A stretch of DNA of 64,000 bases from NCBI GenBank assembly GCA_013265495.1, contig MU058718.1, positions 248,001 to 312,000 of the forward strand. The letters are read 5' to 3'. This stretch comes from Vicugna vicugna. Its lineage: Eukaryota. A model generated the notes under the pieces. That model was given only the letters and a program-made list of their open reading frames with translations. It was not told the origin of the DNA and searched no databases. Positions 1 through 12,700 of the stretch are shown in pieces. The position numbers and the translations under genes were made by a program. The first letter of the stretch is position 1. Each line of letters starts with the position of its first letter.

Positions 1-1721
1 AGCTCTTTTTGTTCTAGAGGTTCTACCTCCTTCTACCCCTATCTTGTTTGTTGAAACTACTGGCATGATTTCTGAATCTGTTGAAAGGAACAATTGACTC
101 CCAGACAATCACTTTGGAAAACATATATTTCCCAAAGACCTTCTATCAGAAGAGCCTAATAGTAATTTTTTAAAAATAGTGTAAGTTGACTATGGTATTT
201 ATAAACATCATTTCCTTCTTTTTCCCCAGTTAAAAATACTTACCAACAGCAGGTTTTATCTATATAGAGCTTAACAACTTTCAGAAGTTTTTCACGTATA
301 TTATTTTCATTTCATTCTTAACACGACTCTATCAGTATGTATGTAGACAGACATTATCATTCCCATGGTTTGTATACGGGAAAACTAAGGTTCAGGGCCA
401 CCATATGCCCAAAAATAAACGTGACATAAATGGTATGGCCAAGGCTGAAATCCAGCTTTAAGTCTCGGCCAGGAATTTCCCATTATACTGTAATGAGCTG
501 AGCTGATACTAGACACCTGAACCTCTCTCCCTTGACTACGTATGCGCATTTTTCTCGATTAAGAATTGAGGATTTAAAAAAAAAGAATTGAAGATTTGTG
601 TTGTACCAAAATATGATTATCCTCTTGAACTTTGAAAGAATAAAGCCACACAACTATTTAGACGGCCTTCTCTGAATGAGATCATCCCACCTACCTCAGG
701 AAGCAGTGGCTCTTCAACCAGGACACGAGAACTGTGCAGGCCAGCTCTACAAGAGCAGACAGGGCTTGTCTAGACCTGGAGGAGCAGACCCTGGGTGGTG
801 GGCTTAATAGATGTGCCCTAAATATGAAGGGAGACAAGAAGGTGAAGTGGGAAAATTTATGCAAATTCTTTATTTCTGGGTTCCCTTGAGACTACACCAG
901 GTCTGTAGCAAATCAGATTATCTCCTGTGCTTCCCACGCTGGAAAACATCAAATCACAGGAAAATCATGGGGCTTCCTCCTGGGGTATCTATCTTTGCTG
1001 AAGACGTTAGGAATCAAATACTAAATAAATTCCATATAGACTTCACATTTTATGAAGATAAATGCATCAATATGATTTTTAAGGGAAAATGTGAGAGTTT
1101 AACAAATTTTAGAATGAGATGGACCACTGTGGGATGCTTCCCCAGACCACTGGAGATACTACAAACTCTCTTCTACCCTTGGATCTATGCAATGGAAAAT
1201 GTTTAAGAAATATAGCATGACATATTTTCCTTCCACAATACCCTAGCACTTAAAGTAAAGTCCTATTTGAAAATACACCAGATTTGTTTCAGTTACAAAG
1301 AATCAGTGGACTGATCACATGGGCTAAAGATCCCTAAGGGATGGTGTATTTCAGAGAGATTAAGTTGGTGCTGCAAAGACCAGCTGCCACCACTTACAGT
1401 GGGCAACTTAGAGGTTCTTGATTTCATTTGTAATAAGAAAGATGGCATTCTTTATGTATGCTTTCTTTCTTCAATTGACTTTACCATGAACTGCATTGGA
1501 GGAGGCACCTGTTACATAGAAGTTATCCGTAAAACTATTTCGGCCTGCTGTTTTGTTACAGGAACATTTTAAATCACAGTTTTAATGTCTTTAATTAGTT
1601 GTAGGACTACTTAAGTTTTATTGAATTTATGCATTAATCTAAGTTTTCAAAATTGGCACAATGGTCTTGATGGTATTCTCTTCTTGTCTTTTGAGTACTT
1701 TATCCATAATTATGCCTCTGC

Positions 1722-2290
1722 TGTAGACTGTGAAAAATGGTTCCTAATGAATCATTCCACCCTGTGCCCACTTCCCTTTGAACATGACTTGATACCCCTC
1801 CCATAAGATTGAACCCCTTGAATCTGGGCTAGCCCTGTGACTTGCTTTGGCCAATAGAATGAGGTAGTACTGACATTCTTGGATTTCCAAATCCAGGTCA
1901 TAAGAGGTCTTCCACATGTGCTGAGAAGGAACTTAGCTGCCATGTACAGAAAGCCAAGCTAGGCTGCTGGAGAAAGAGGCCAAATGGAAAATCTGCTGGA
2001 GAATAACCATGTAGAAGGAGTGGCCCCAGGTGATGGTCAGCAACAAGGCCCCACAAAGTTGGGTGAGACCATCTTGAATCCTCTGCTCAAGTGGGAGAAT
2101 GAGATGAAAGAATGAGAAGAGAGAGCCCTATCCATCCCAGCTGAGACCATAGAAATGAAGCAGGGATGAACTATCTCACTGATATCAGCCCAAATTCCTG
2201 ATCCATTGAATCAAGAACAAATATTATGGTTGTCACTGTATGCTACAAATTTTAGGATAATTTGTTACACAGCAATAGATAACTAGTATA
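1722..2290 (+). mobile_element. MLT1-type MaLR solo LTR
   Basis: CCCCTTGAATCTGGGCT..CCTGTGACTTGCTTTGGCCAATAGAATG and 3' end TTTGTTACACAGCAATAGATAACT. Confidence 0.75.
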
Positions 2291-2329
2291 GTGCTCTTCT
2301 CTTTGTGTATCCTCATTCATGATATGGTG

Positions 2330-3320
2330 TTTTCTTTTTTGAATCAATCTTGCTAGAGTTTTATCTATTTTAATTTTTTCAAAGAATGAAGCTTAACTTT
2401 GTTGACTTTCTCATTGAATCTTGCTTTCTATTTCACTGCTTTCTTTTCTTTCCTTTATTATTTGTTTCTCCCTATTTTTTTATATCACTCTGTTGTTATT
2501 TTTCTTATTTCTTAAGAGGGATAGTGCACTAATTTTGAAACTTTCCGCTTTTCTAACATAAGCATTTAAGGCTCAAGATTTCCCTCAAACATTTATTTTT
2601 CATTATCTCACAAATTTTGGTTCATATTCTTTTCATCATCATTTAGTTTTAGGCATATAAAATTTTCCTTCTTAAGTTCTTCTTAAGCCAAGAGTTATTT
2701 AACAGATTTTTAATTTATCTTTTTGTTCTTAATTGGATATCTATTCTGTGGAATTTATTGAAGCTTTCTTTCATGGCCTAATATATGATTATTCGTAACT
2801 GTTCCATACAAACTTGAGAAAAATATGTATTTTCTGATTGTTGGATGTTCATTTGGCCAAGTTTTAAATTGTTTTGTTCACATCTTCTATATGTCCTTGC
2901 TAAAATTTTGTCTGTTTGGCCTATCAATAATGAGAGAAATTTACTGAATTGCTCATAATGGTGGATTTATCAATATTTTTCTGTAGCTCTGTAAATATTT
3001 GCTTATTTTTGTGAAGCTATTTTATTAGATGTACACATGTCAAACTGTTCTAGCTTGGTGTATTGAATCATTTATCATTCCACTGTGACCCTCTCTATCC
3101 CTAACAATGTACCAGCTTTCTGCTGGTTAGTATTTGCCTGACAGTGTATACCATCCTTTTACTCTTCACTCTTTATATCCATGTGCTTTAGGCATATGTC
3201 TTTTAAACAGAATATATCTGGACTTCTAAAATCCAACCTATCTTCTGACTGAGTTTATTCCATTTATACTTACTATAAATCTTTATATTTGTAACTTTGT
3301 GTATCATCTTAATTTGTAGT
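2330..3320 (-). mobile_element. Ancient L1M ORF2 remnant (approximate)
   Basis: T-rich degenerate L1 antisense motifs (TTTTCAAAGAA, AGCATTTAAGGCT, GTTCCAT..ACTTGAGAA). Confidence 0.55.
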
Positions 3321-4519
3321 TTCAAATTTGCCTCACTTTTTCTGTTTTGTACTTTTAAAAAATTATGTATTAGACAAGAATTTTATCACATCCTCATATC
3401 TCTTATTTTTCCTTCACTTCCACCTTCCATATCTTGATATTATCTAGAGAGTTTCATTCTAGGTTATTGTGAATACATATTCTTTTCCTTTGGTAGTAGC
3501 AGTTTTTAAACAATAACAAATATTACAAAGATATTTGTTCACCTTAAAATATCTATTTCAACTTTTCCCTCTGTATCTCCTGAAGATCTTAGTTGCTGCT
3601 TTATAGAAGTAGGTGCAGTTTGTCCCAAGAGAAGAGCAGGGAAGTAGCAAAAGCCAAAGAATTTCTTTCCTATTTTATCCTCCATTGCCTCCTGCCCCAG
3701 GCATATGCATTAGCCCATAAACACCAGTTCAGAATAGCCATTTTGCCCTAGAATTTTCTATTCCCTTGGTATTTGGGTGTTTGTCAGGTAACTTGGCTAT
3801 TTTCTGTTTTGTCAGGTAATTTGGTCAGGTAACTTGGCTATTTTCTGTTTTGTTTTGTTTTGTTTCCCTCTGTAGCTCCTCTGAGGTTGATTTTGGAGGA
3901 AGGAGTTAGTAACCTTGTCTTGTCAGCATCCTGCTGGAAGTAGAATTGGAACTAATAATTTCATTTCATCTTCTCAACATTCCTGAGAGGTAGGTAAGGA
4001 AATGGAGATTCAGAGAAGTACAGAAAACTTGCCCAATGTGAAGTGGTGATTTAAACCCCATCCACTTGATTCCAAAGGCTATACTCCTTTCCATTCGCAA
4101 ATCAATATAGAAACAAGCTACGTTTCCAGTCAGAAAAATGAAAATACCTAGGTTTGAGTACTGACTCTGCTATTTAAGTAGCTGTGGGATCTTGTACAAG
4201 TCACTAATCTTTAAAGTCCTTTCCATCACTAAAATTGCTGATTCCTCAGTTATACTGTCTGCCTATGTTTCAGTAATTCCCAATGAAGATTTAATTCATT
4301 GCCATCTGGTTTCTGCCACCATCTTTCAACTGAAATCATTCTCACCAATGCTGCTAATCTCACTCTTATTGCTAAAAGAATTGAAATGCAGTGCTGTATC
4401 TTTCCATATGTTACAATTTGTTCTGTACTTCTTAATGCATTAAAGTGCTTCAGTTTTAGTTAACTCAGAGAAATCACCAGAGGCTTTGAAGAGGGAATTT
4501 CCCCACAAACAGCCATACA

Positions 4520-6990
4520 TACAAATTTTATTTATATGTGGTGCTGGACAATGTTTTGAAAAAATGAGAAAATATTAGAGATACCACACACAAGTTAATT
4601 CAAGGTGGTCACAGACCTAAACAAAAGCTAAAGCTACCAAGTTTCTAGAGGAAAACATAGGAGAGTAACATCATAACTTTGTGGTAGGCAAATATTTCTC
4701 AGAGGGGAAACAAAGCACTAAAGATAAAAGAAAAATTGATAAATTGGACTTCATCAAACTTAAACCCTCTATTCACCAGTGATGCTATGAGGAAAATGCA
4801 AAGGCAACCCACAGAGCCAGGTTTTCTACTGTTGCGGTGGGAGGTTACAGATAAGCAAGGGGAAGAGGCTTGAATGATCCATGTGGTAATGGATTAGCAC
4901 TAGAGATAACAGCATGAACTCATGATTAGGTTAATATAGATATAGATGTCTACATATAGAAGTATTTATAGATATGTGTATACATAGGTTAGTATAGACA
5001 GGTATATTTCTTCACTCTGTCAGCTGAGAAACTCCCCAGTAGCAAGGTACACACCTACGGCCCAGAAATTGGTTTCTAGTACCATTTGCCAAAAAAAAGG
5101 AACCAGTGCTCCTTAGAGAAATGGCTGGTCTAGTAGCGGTGCAAGGAAAATACAAGATGAACCTGGAGCATCTTGTAGAGCTAGAAAGTAAAAAAAATAA
5201 AACAAACAAACAAACAAAAAACCCACAATGAGAGGTCCACATCCAAGTGATGGAGGAACAAACTGAAAGAACTACCAATGGCTGAAGTTAGAACAATGTA
5301 AGCAACAAAATAAAGTAGTATTAGCATATAACCCAAAGTATAAAATAAATATTCAGAAGTCCTGATAGAAATGATTGCATAAATTAACAATGGGTAAGAA
5401 GAGACAAATCTCCCATGCAGAATAATTCCAAATAGTTTTTGTTCATAGTCTGTACTCAGGAAGATGGAATATAGTTTCCCAGTCTTTTAGTCTGCCCATA
5501 CTTCCTTCCCTCCAAAGAGTACAGTATGGAAAGGGGGGGAAAGAGTAATTTTACATTGGAAAAATCTGACAAACACTACCTCAGCCAAGTCATCAAGGTT
5601 AGCATTAGCAGAATAAATCATGTTGACATTATGTACTCTTGATGGGCTATGATGAGAATAGTACTTCACCTTTACAGTCTTTTTCCCCAAAATTCATAAC
5701 CCCAGTCTAATTATGGGAAAAACATCAAACAAATTCCTATGAGAGGCATTCTACAGAATACCTGTACTCCTCAAAATGACAGTACTCCTCAAAACTGTCA
5801 AGGTTACCAAAAGTAAGGAAAGGTCTGAGAAACGGTCACAGTCTAACAGGCCGAATGCACCATGATGACCAAATGTAATGTGGTATCTTGGAATAGAAAA
5901 AGATCAGTGGGTAAAAACTAAGGAAATCTGAATAAAGTATGAACTTTAGTTACTAATAATGTAGCAGTATCATTTCATTAATTGTAACAAACATAAAACA
6001 TGTAACGAGGAAATCAATGTGGGGCATATGGGAACTTACTCCACTATCTTTGTGATTTTTCTGTTAATCTAAAACTATTCTAAAATTAAACATCTTTATT
6101 TTAAAAAGTCAAACCACAGACTGGGAGAATATATTCAAAAAACGTATGTCTAAAAAAGGATTTGTACCCAGAATAAATAGAGCTTCCACAAATGAATACT
6201 AAAAAGACAACCAAATTTAAAAAGATAAACCTCAATTTTAAAAATATAGGCAAAAGACTAGAAAAGGCATTCCACAAAACAAGATATAAAAATAAGCAAG
6301 TGAAAAGATGCTTATTATCATGTCACTGAAGAACTACAAAATTCAAGTGATACCATTTTACACCTACTAGAGTGGTTAAAATTAAAGAGTGACAACTCCA
6401 AATGTTGACAAGCATCTGGAACAACATGGACCTCTTATCTATCACTAGTGAGAGTATACAATAGTACAACCACTTTGGAAAACTGCTTGGCAATTATTCA
6501 TAAAGTTAAGCATACTCAGAATGGCCCAGAAATCCCACATCTATATTTCCCCAAGCGAAATAAAATATGTTCACAAAGACTTGTACAAGAATGTTTATAG
6601 CAATTTATTCATAATAACTAAAAACTGGACCAATCCAAATGTCCATCAACAGCTGAATGGGTAAGCAAAGTATTCAACGAAATACTTCAGCAATGAAAAC
6701 AACTGCTGATTCCCGCAACAGTACGGGTGGATTTCAGAATACACCCTGAGAGAAAGAAGGCAGACAGGAATGAGTACCTACCTCCTTTATTTTTATCGTG
6801 ATAGAACTCAGAGGAGTTGTCTAAGTGGTGGGAGACTGGAGAGGTGCTTGAGGGAACTCTTGGGTAATGGAAATGCTTTATATCCTGCTGGTTGGTGGTT
6901 ACACAGCCGCTGACATTTAGCAAAACTCATCAAATTATATACCAAAAAAACTACGCTTTTCACTCTAAATTTTACCTCTATTAAAAAAAA
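4520..6990 (+). mobile_element. Old L1M 3' fragments (an L1MC-type 3' UTR at about 4815-6105 inside an older L1)
   Basis: AATTGATAAATTGGACTTCATCAAA, CCACTTTGGAAAAC, CAAATGTCCATCAAC motifs; the host L1 resumes at ACCACAGACTGGGAGAA. Confidence 0.65.
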
Positions 6991-7169
6991 AATAGACACG
7001 GGGGAAAACACTGGTAACGTTGAAAAGTAACACTAAAAGATGTAAGGAGAAATCTGCTGTGGCAAGTCCTTTCTTTAAAACCTTAAGTGAAGAAATACTC
7101 CAGTAAGCTCTGCAGGATTTATGCGACTAAATAAGGACATTAAAAAGCTCTGCAAACTCTGAGTCCCCT

Positions 7170-7840
7170 CTCTCCGTCCGAGTGCCTCCGTCCTTTTTCG
7201 GATACCCTCGGGGCTCCAGGGCGGATTCAGGCGTAGCCCGGGGTCAGAAGTCGGCCACTTCCGCCCCTCGCCCGGCCACGGCACTCCCACCATTCCGCCC
7301 GTCATCAATATGCGTCGCGGTCCAGCGCATGGATTCCGCTTACCCCGGCCTTTGAACCGTCCGTTCACCTTTCAATCAATTCAAATAGTGCAAGGAGCGA
7401 ACCAATCGGAAGCCTCATCAAGGGGAGGGGGCGGGCACTTTCGCCGGAAGTGTTGGTTAAAATACATCCAATCAGAGGCTCTGTGTGGGAAGTTTGAATT
7501 TTGCCGAGTCTTAGATAGTAGGCGTTCCTTCTTCAGAGGCGGCGGTGGTCGTCCAAGCCCAGAGGGTTCCTTTACTTTTAGTTTGGTTGAGGTTTCACGC
7601 TAGAAACTGCCTCAGGTAAGTGGATGCTGGAGAGTTAGAGGGACGGTGCTGGTCCGCTTCCTTCTAGAAGGTCTAGAAGGATCTGAGGACCGGCGGCTGC
7701 GAGCTGGACGCCGCTTAGGGGAGGTGCCTCTTAGGACTAGGTTACCTGTCCTTCCCGAAGCTGATGACGCAGCCCCCCGGAAGAGTAAATATTGTTGCCA
7801 TGATCTACGTAGCAGTCAGCATTTGACCACCGGGGCGTAA
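7170..7840. promoter_or_regulatory. DLGAP5: CpG island / DLGAP5 G2-M promoter
   Basis: CpG-rich block. CCAAT at 7402-7406 and 7468-7472, GC box at 7427-7435, ETS motif CCGGAAGT at 7444-7451, CHR TTTGAA at 7493-7498 just upstream of exon 1. This is the typical NF-Y/DREAM-MMB layout of mitotic genes. Confidence 0.85.
7500..7615 (+). other. DLGAP5: DLGAP5 exon 1 (5' UTR, non-coding; TSS approximate)
   Basis: Perfect donor CAG|GTAAGT at 7615/7616, downstream of the promoter motifs. The next exon has its ATG 1 nt after the acceptor. Confidence 0.75.
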
Positions 7841-9312
7841 CTGGCCTTTGGCCCCAGCATGATTCCTGTAGCTCCTTCCAGATTCTACGACAGCTAAAAA
7901 CGCCCGAGGTGACAACCTCTAGGCAAGACTGAGGCATTCTAGCCTTTCAAGCTGGAAGGAGCTCCTGTCAGCCAAAGAAGAGAATTTAGATGTATGTGAA
8001 GAGCCAGGCTCCCTGGCTTGGGATTCCAGCTCCATTGTCTTAGCTGTGCTAATGTGGGCATTTAATTTACCTCATCTGTGTAACGGCAGTTATACTACTT
8101 TTTTAGAGTTTAGAGGATGATTAAATATACCTTCAGTGTTAGTTCTCTCTCTCTTTGCTGTGTATAGTGCTATGCTTTATTTTAAAATAACTAATACATA
8201 ATTTTAATTTTTCTTTAATATTTAGCAAACTAATATTTGCAGGAAGTGGCAAATCAACTAGTAGAGAAGAGTTCTTGATAAAAAGCATTCCTTTATCACT
8301 TTCCCTGGGCTCTTAAAGGAGAATATTATTAGCATCGGATGAATTCTCATTTTTTATACTCTGTTGATTGCTTAAAGTCATGTAACATTTTCATTTGTTG
8401 CATTTCTTGTGCAGATTTTTCTTTTATCTGCAGTGTTCAAGTGAACTTTTCTTGGTTATTCCTGTTGTTGAAGAGTATAGTGTGCTTATATTTTAAACTT
8501 CCTAATGGTAGACCCTCTGTCCTTTTATTCTTTCCTTTCCTTTCCAGCTGGCAAGACTTTTCCCTAGAGAACCAGTCTTCTTTCTCCAGTTTGGCTTGTT
8601 GTTCTCTATACCAGCTGTACAGGTGATGTCCTTAGCCTTTCCATTTTTCTTTATTCTTTTATTCCACATTGGAGCCCATGACATCGTCTTTCTTATTATT
8701 CTCCCTTGTTTTGCTTGAATACTTTCTCAAGGGTCTTTCTAAGAAAAAAGTATATGCCTAGTAAACTATATGACTTCTTACATAGCTGAAAGAAATTTTA
8801 TTCTGCCCTCACCAGGGAAAACTGATGTGGTTATCCTTCTGTATCACCGTGGTACTTCTTCCGAAAACGCTTCTTTTTCTCAATCTAACTGCCTGTTTAT
8901 CTTTCGTACCTAACAGGCCTCTCGTGTGTTTTGTTTGTTTTGTTTTTTGGCTTGAGGAAAGATGCCAGGCTGCCTGCATTCATTCCCAGGAGAAGATTAA
9001 GGAAACTATTCTGTATACTGTCCTTCACTTAACTTTCCCTGTTTTCACCTTTACTTCATACTGTATTTTGCAATGTTCTTTATGTATGGTAAGCCTAGAA
9101 CCTCTTATTTATTTTCTGAACCTTAGCTTCCTGGGCTTCACTTCATCTGTCAAGCAAGTCCTGTTCAGAACCCCAAAATAGATTGTAGTGTCTTATCTTT
9201 TGATAACCTCCTTCCTAGTCTTCAGTCACATATTTATTCCACTTTGTATTTTAATATTTTTATTTCATAAGGCTCTGAGGTGGGATAGGAGGTGAACTGG
9301 GATGTTAATTTT

Positions 9313-9426
9313 TTTTTAATTTTTTGGGGGGTAATTAGGTTTATTTTTGGAAGAGGTACAGGGGATTGAACCCAGGACTTTATGCATGCTAAGCATGCAC
9401 TCTACCGCTTGAGCTATACCCCTCCC
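9313..9426 (-). mobile_element. tRNA-derived SINE (Vic-1-like)
   Basis: Reverse complement of GGGGTATAGCTCAAGCGGTAGAGTGCATGCTTAGCATGCAT...GGTTCAATCCCC; A-tail; TSD about tggga(a)tgttaatt. Confidence 0.85.
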
Positions 9427-9495
9427 TGGGAATGTTAATTTTTTAAATAATAAAATGAAACTCCATGTAAATTGGTCTTTCTTTTTCCTGATAGG

Positions 9496-9733
9496 ATGTC
9501 TTCATCACATTTTGCCAATCGACACAGAAAGGACTTAAGTACTGACATGATTAGAACTAAAATTGCTCATAGAAAATCACTGTCTCAGAAAGAAAACAGA
9601 CATAAGGAATATGAACGAAATAGACACTTTGGTTTGAAAGATGTCAACATTCCAGCCTTGGAAGGTAGAATTCTTTTTGAATTAGATGAGACATCTCAAG
9701 AGCTTGTTCCAGAAAATGCCAGTGTCAAGCCAA
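9496..9733 (+). CDS. DLGAP5: DLGAP5 exon 2 (start codon)
   Basis: tag|G ATG at 9495/9496; [10 protein letters not shown]...SVKP; donor A|gtaagt; 238 nt coding. Confidence 0.95.
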
Positions 9734-12700
9734 GTAAGTAAAGTGCTATTGTAATTTTAAGTGCTTTGAAGAGTGAGTAAAAAAGTTGGTTTAATACCTG
9801 AGGTTAAAAAAACCCTGACCAGAAGAATGGAGTTTTAATATGCCATTTCAATAACTTGGTGTTTTCTACAACTAAATACTGTCTGTTTCAAGTAAAGGCT
9901 ATGAACGTCCTGAGCTAGGTTAAAGCCATTTACCTATGGAGGATTATAACACTTTTTATGTATATTGCCTTATAGGAAAATCCTAAAGTTCTTACTTCTG
10001 GAGCTTGGGTAAGATAAATATTGAGAAGATAAACCAATAAGGGACATAAAAATAGAACTGATTGATATATTCATGATTTAAGGATACTTTGTCAATGGGA
10101 AAGAGCAAAGAATTCATGTTTGTAGTTTGCCCAGAGGGATCTGAGGTCATTAAAAAAGAAAGAACCAACTAATAAAGAAAGAAATGATCTCAACAAAAGA
10201 TAAAAATAATAAAAATAGAGTGTCTTAGAAGGCAAGGGATGCTACAGAAAAGTAGGAAGAGAACTGGGAAATGGCATGCTTTTAATTGGAAGGAGTCACT
10301 AGACTTCTGAGTTGTGTCATATAGCAGGCACGAGGAGCTCAATTGCAGTGAAATAAAGCAAGGATAAATTGTGAAGAAATGGTGGAAGGAGATAGTCTTA
10401 GACGTTTTATAGAGAAATAAATGAGATGTCAAGTTGTTCTAAGTGTTCACTGCTTAAGTTTTTTATCATTTTTTCAGAACCAGTGTAATATGTGACATAT
10501 CCAAGACACTCAACATATTCAGCTTAATTGATTCTTTTAGGTGTTAGGCTAAACTATTTCTTCCAGATTTTTCATTTTTGTGATTCTAAGGTAAAGTGAG
10601 AGAAAAGAATTGGATTAAAGTGTTCTAGGGTGCTTTTTTGGATTTTGTTTTTGAGATGAAGTGATCAGTGCATGTTTGAAGGTCAAAAGAAATGGGTTGG
10701 GAGTTGAGGGGGACAGATTAAAGAATAACATCTTTTAGGAGTTACAGGAAATGAAAACTGGGTCATAGAATGATATAAGCTGGCCTTAGAATGAAGAAAT
10801 GGACTTTTTTTTTTCTGTCTGAGAAGAGGTGATACTGTCTTCTGAGTTGCCTTCTTGCCTCTACTATGACCTCTCAAATGCTCCATTCCTTGACCAAAAT
10901 CTTTGAAACGAAAGTTCAACTCTGTCAATATATTATTAAAATAGCTTCTGTTTCTCATTTACAAAGACCTAGAGGTGGGAGTGGGCTTGATATGTTCCAG
11001 AGAAAGCAAGTAGGTAAGCATGGCTAGAGAAGGCAAACAGGTTACCTCCCATAGAGCCCCGAGGACCATCATTATAAGGACATTGGCTTTTACCCTGAGT
11101 GAAATGTGAAACCATTAATGGATTGGTGGGTGTTGATGTAATCTGATTTATGTTTTAAAAGCATCACTTTGGCTACTATGTTGAGAATAGATTGTGGGAT
11201 GGCCTCAGAGAGACCAGTTAGGAGACTATTGCAAAGAGTTAGTTGATGATTGATCAGAGTGACAGCACTAAAGATAGGTGGTTGCATTCTGGATATATTT
11301 AGAAGATTGAACCAATAGGATTTCTTAATGGATTGGATGTAAGGTTGATAAAGAAAGAGGGTTAAGGATGATTCCAAGGTTTTTAGCCTGAACACATAAA
11401 AATATGGAGTAGCCATTTGCTAAATTGTAAGGGATTGAGGGAGGAACAGATTTTGGGGAGTGGTAAGATTAAGAGTTCAGTTTTGGATGTGTTCAGTTTA
11501 AGATGCCTATTAGACATGTAAAAGGACATTATGTAAAGGTAGTAGGATATACAAGATGAGTTCAGGGGAGAAATCTGAGCTGAAGATACACATTCAGGAG
11601 TTGCAGCTTATACATGGTGTTTGAAGCTATAAGATGATGTGGTTATGCAGAGTTTTGACGTGGTAAAGGATAGAAGAGGAGTGAGCATTCCAACGTTTAG
11701 GATGAGGACACAAGGGAAAAGAACTCAGCTAAGAACTGAGGAGAAATGCAACCTAAAGTTAAGAGGACAACCAGAAGAGCTGGTATCTTAGAAACAAAAG
11801 TGAAGCAAGCATATCAAGGAGGAGAGACTAGTTAACTCTGTCAGTGCTGCTTGTTAGGTCAAGTAATACTAGAAGTGAGAATTTGAATTTCACCACTATG
11901 AAGGTCACTGGTGATCATGATGAGTAGTTTTGGTGGAAGGATGATCAGGGAGCGAAAGCCCAGTTGAAATGTGTTCAAGAGAGAATGGCAGCACCATTGA
12001 GGATACATTCTTGCCCCAAAAGTTGAAGTTGAGTCTAATCAAACCCTTAGATATAATTTCTAGTTTACAGAAAACAGGGCTAGAGGAATGAGTGAAAAAC
12101 ACAAGAAAGCAAACAGACATACACAGTACAGGATATTCTGTAAGACAACTGTCTAGTTTTTGTCAACAAGACAATGACATGAAAAGAAGGGAAGGGAGGA
12201 GGATCTGTTTCAGATGGAGAGATTTAAAAGACATCCAAATACAATGTGTGGATCTTGCTTGTTTCCTGATTTGAACAAACCAGTGGTTTAAAAAAAGGCC
12301 CCTTGGAAACAAGCAGGGAAGTTTAGTTCTGGTCCCTGTAATAGATGGTGACATGGAATTACTGCTAATTTTGTTAGATATGGTGATGGTATTGTGGTTA
12401 TGAAAAAAATGTCTATTTTTTAGAGGTGATATTGAAGTATTTATGAATGAAATTTTGTGAGTGGAATTTGTTTTCAAATTCTTGAGAAAAAAAGCAAAGT
12501 GCAGCAAAATGTTCATAATTGTTGACTCTTGGTGATAGGTATATGGAGGTTTGTTATTCTACTTGTATGTATATTTGAGATTTTTTTCATAATTTTGAAA
12601 AAAGTGAAAGAGAGGGACGGAAGGAGAATTGGAAATAGAGATATAGATAGCGCTCTTGAATTTTACTTTTAACAGGAGTAAAGAAATGAAGCAAGTGGCT

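Noticed and set aside
811..1206. 131-aa ORF
   Set aside because: No recognisable homology, domain or gene structure.
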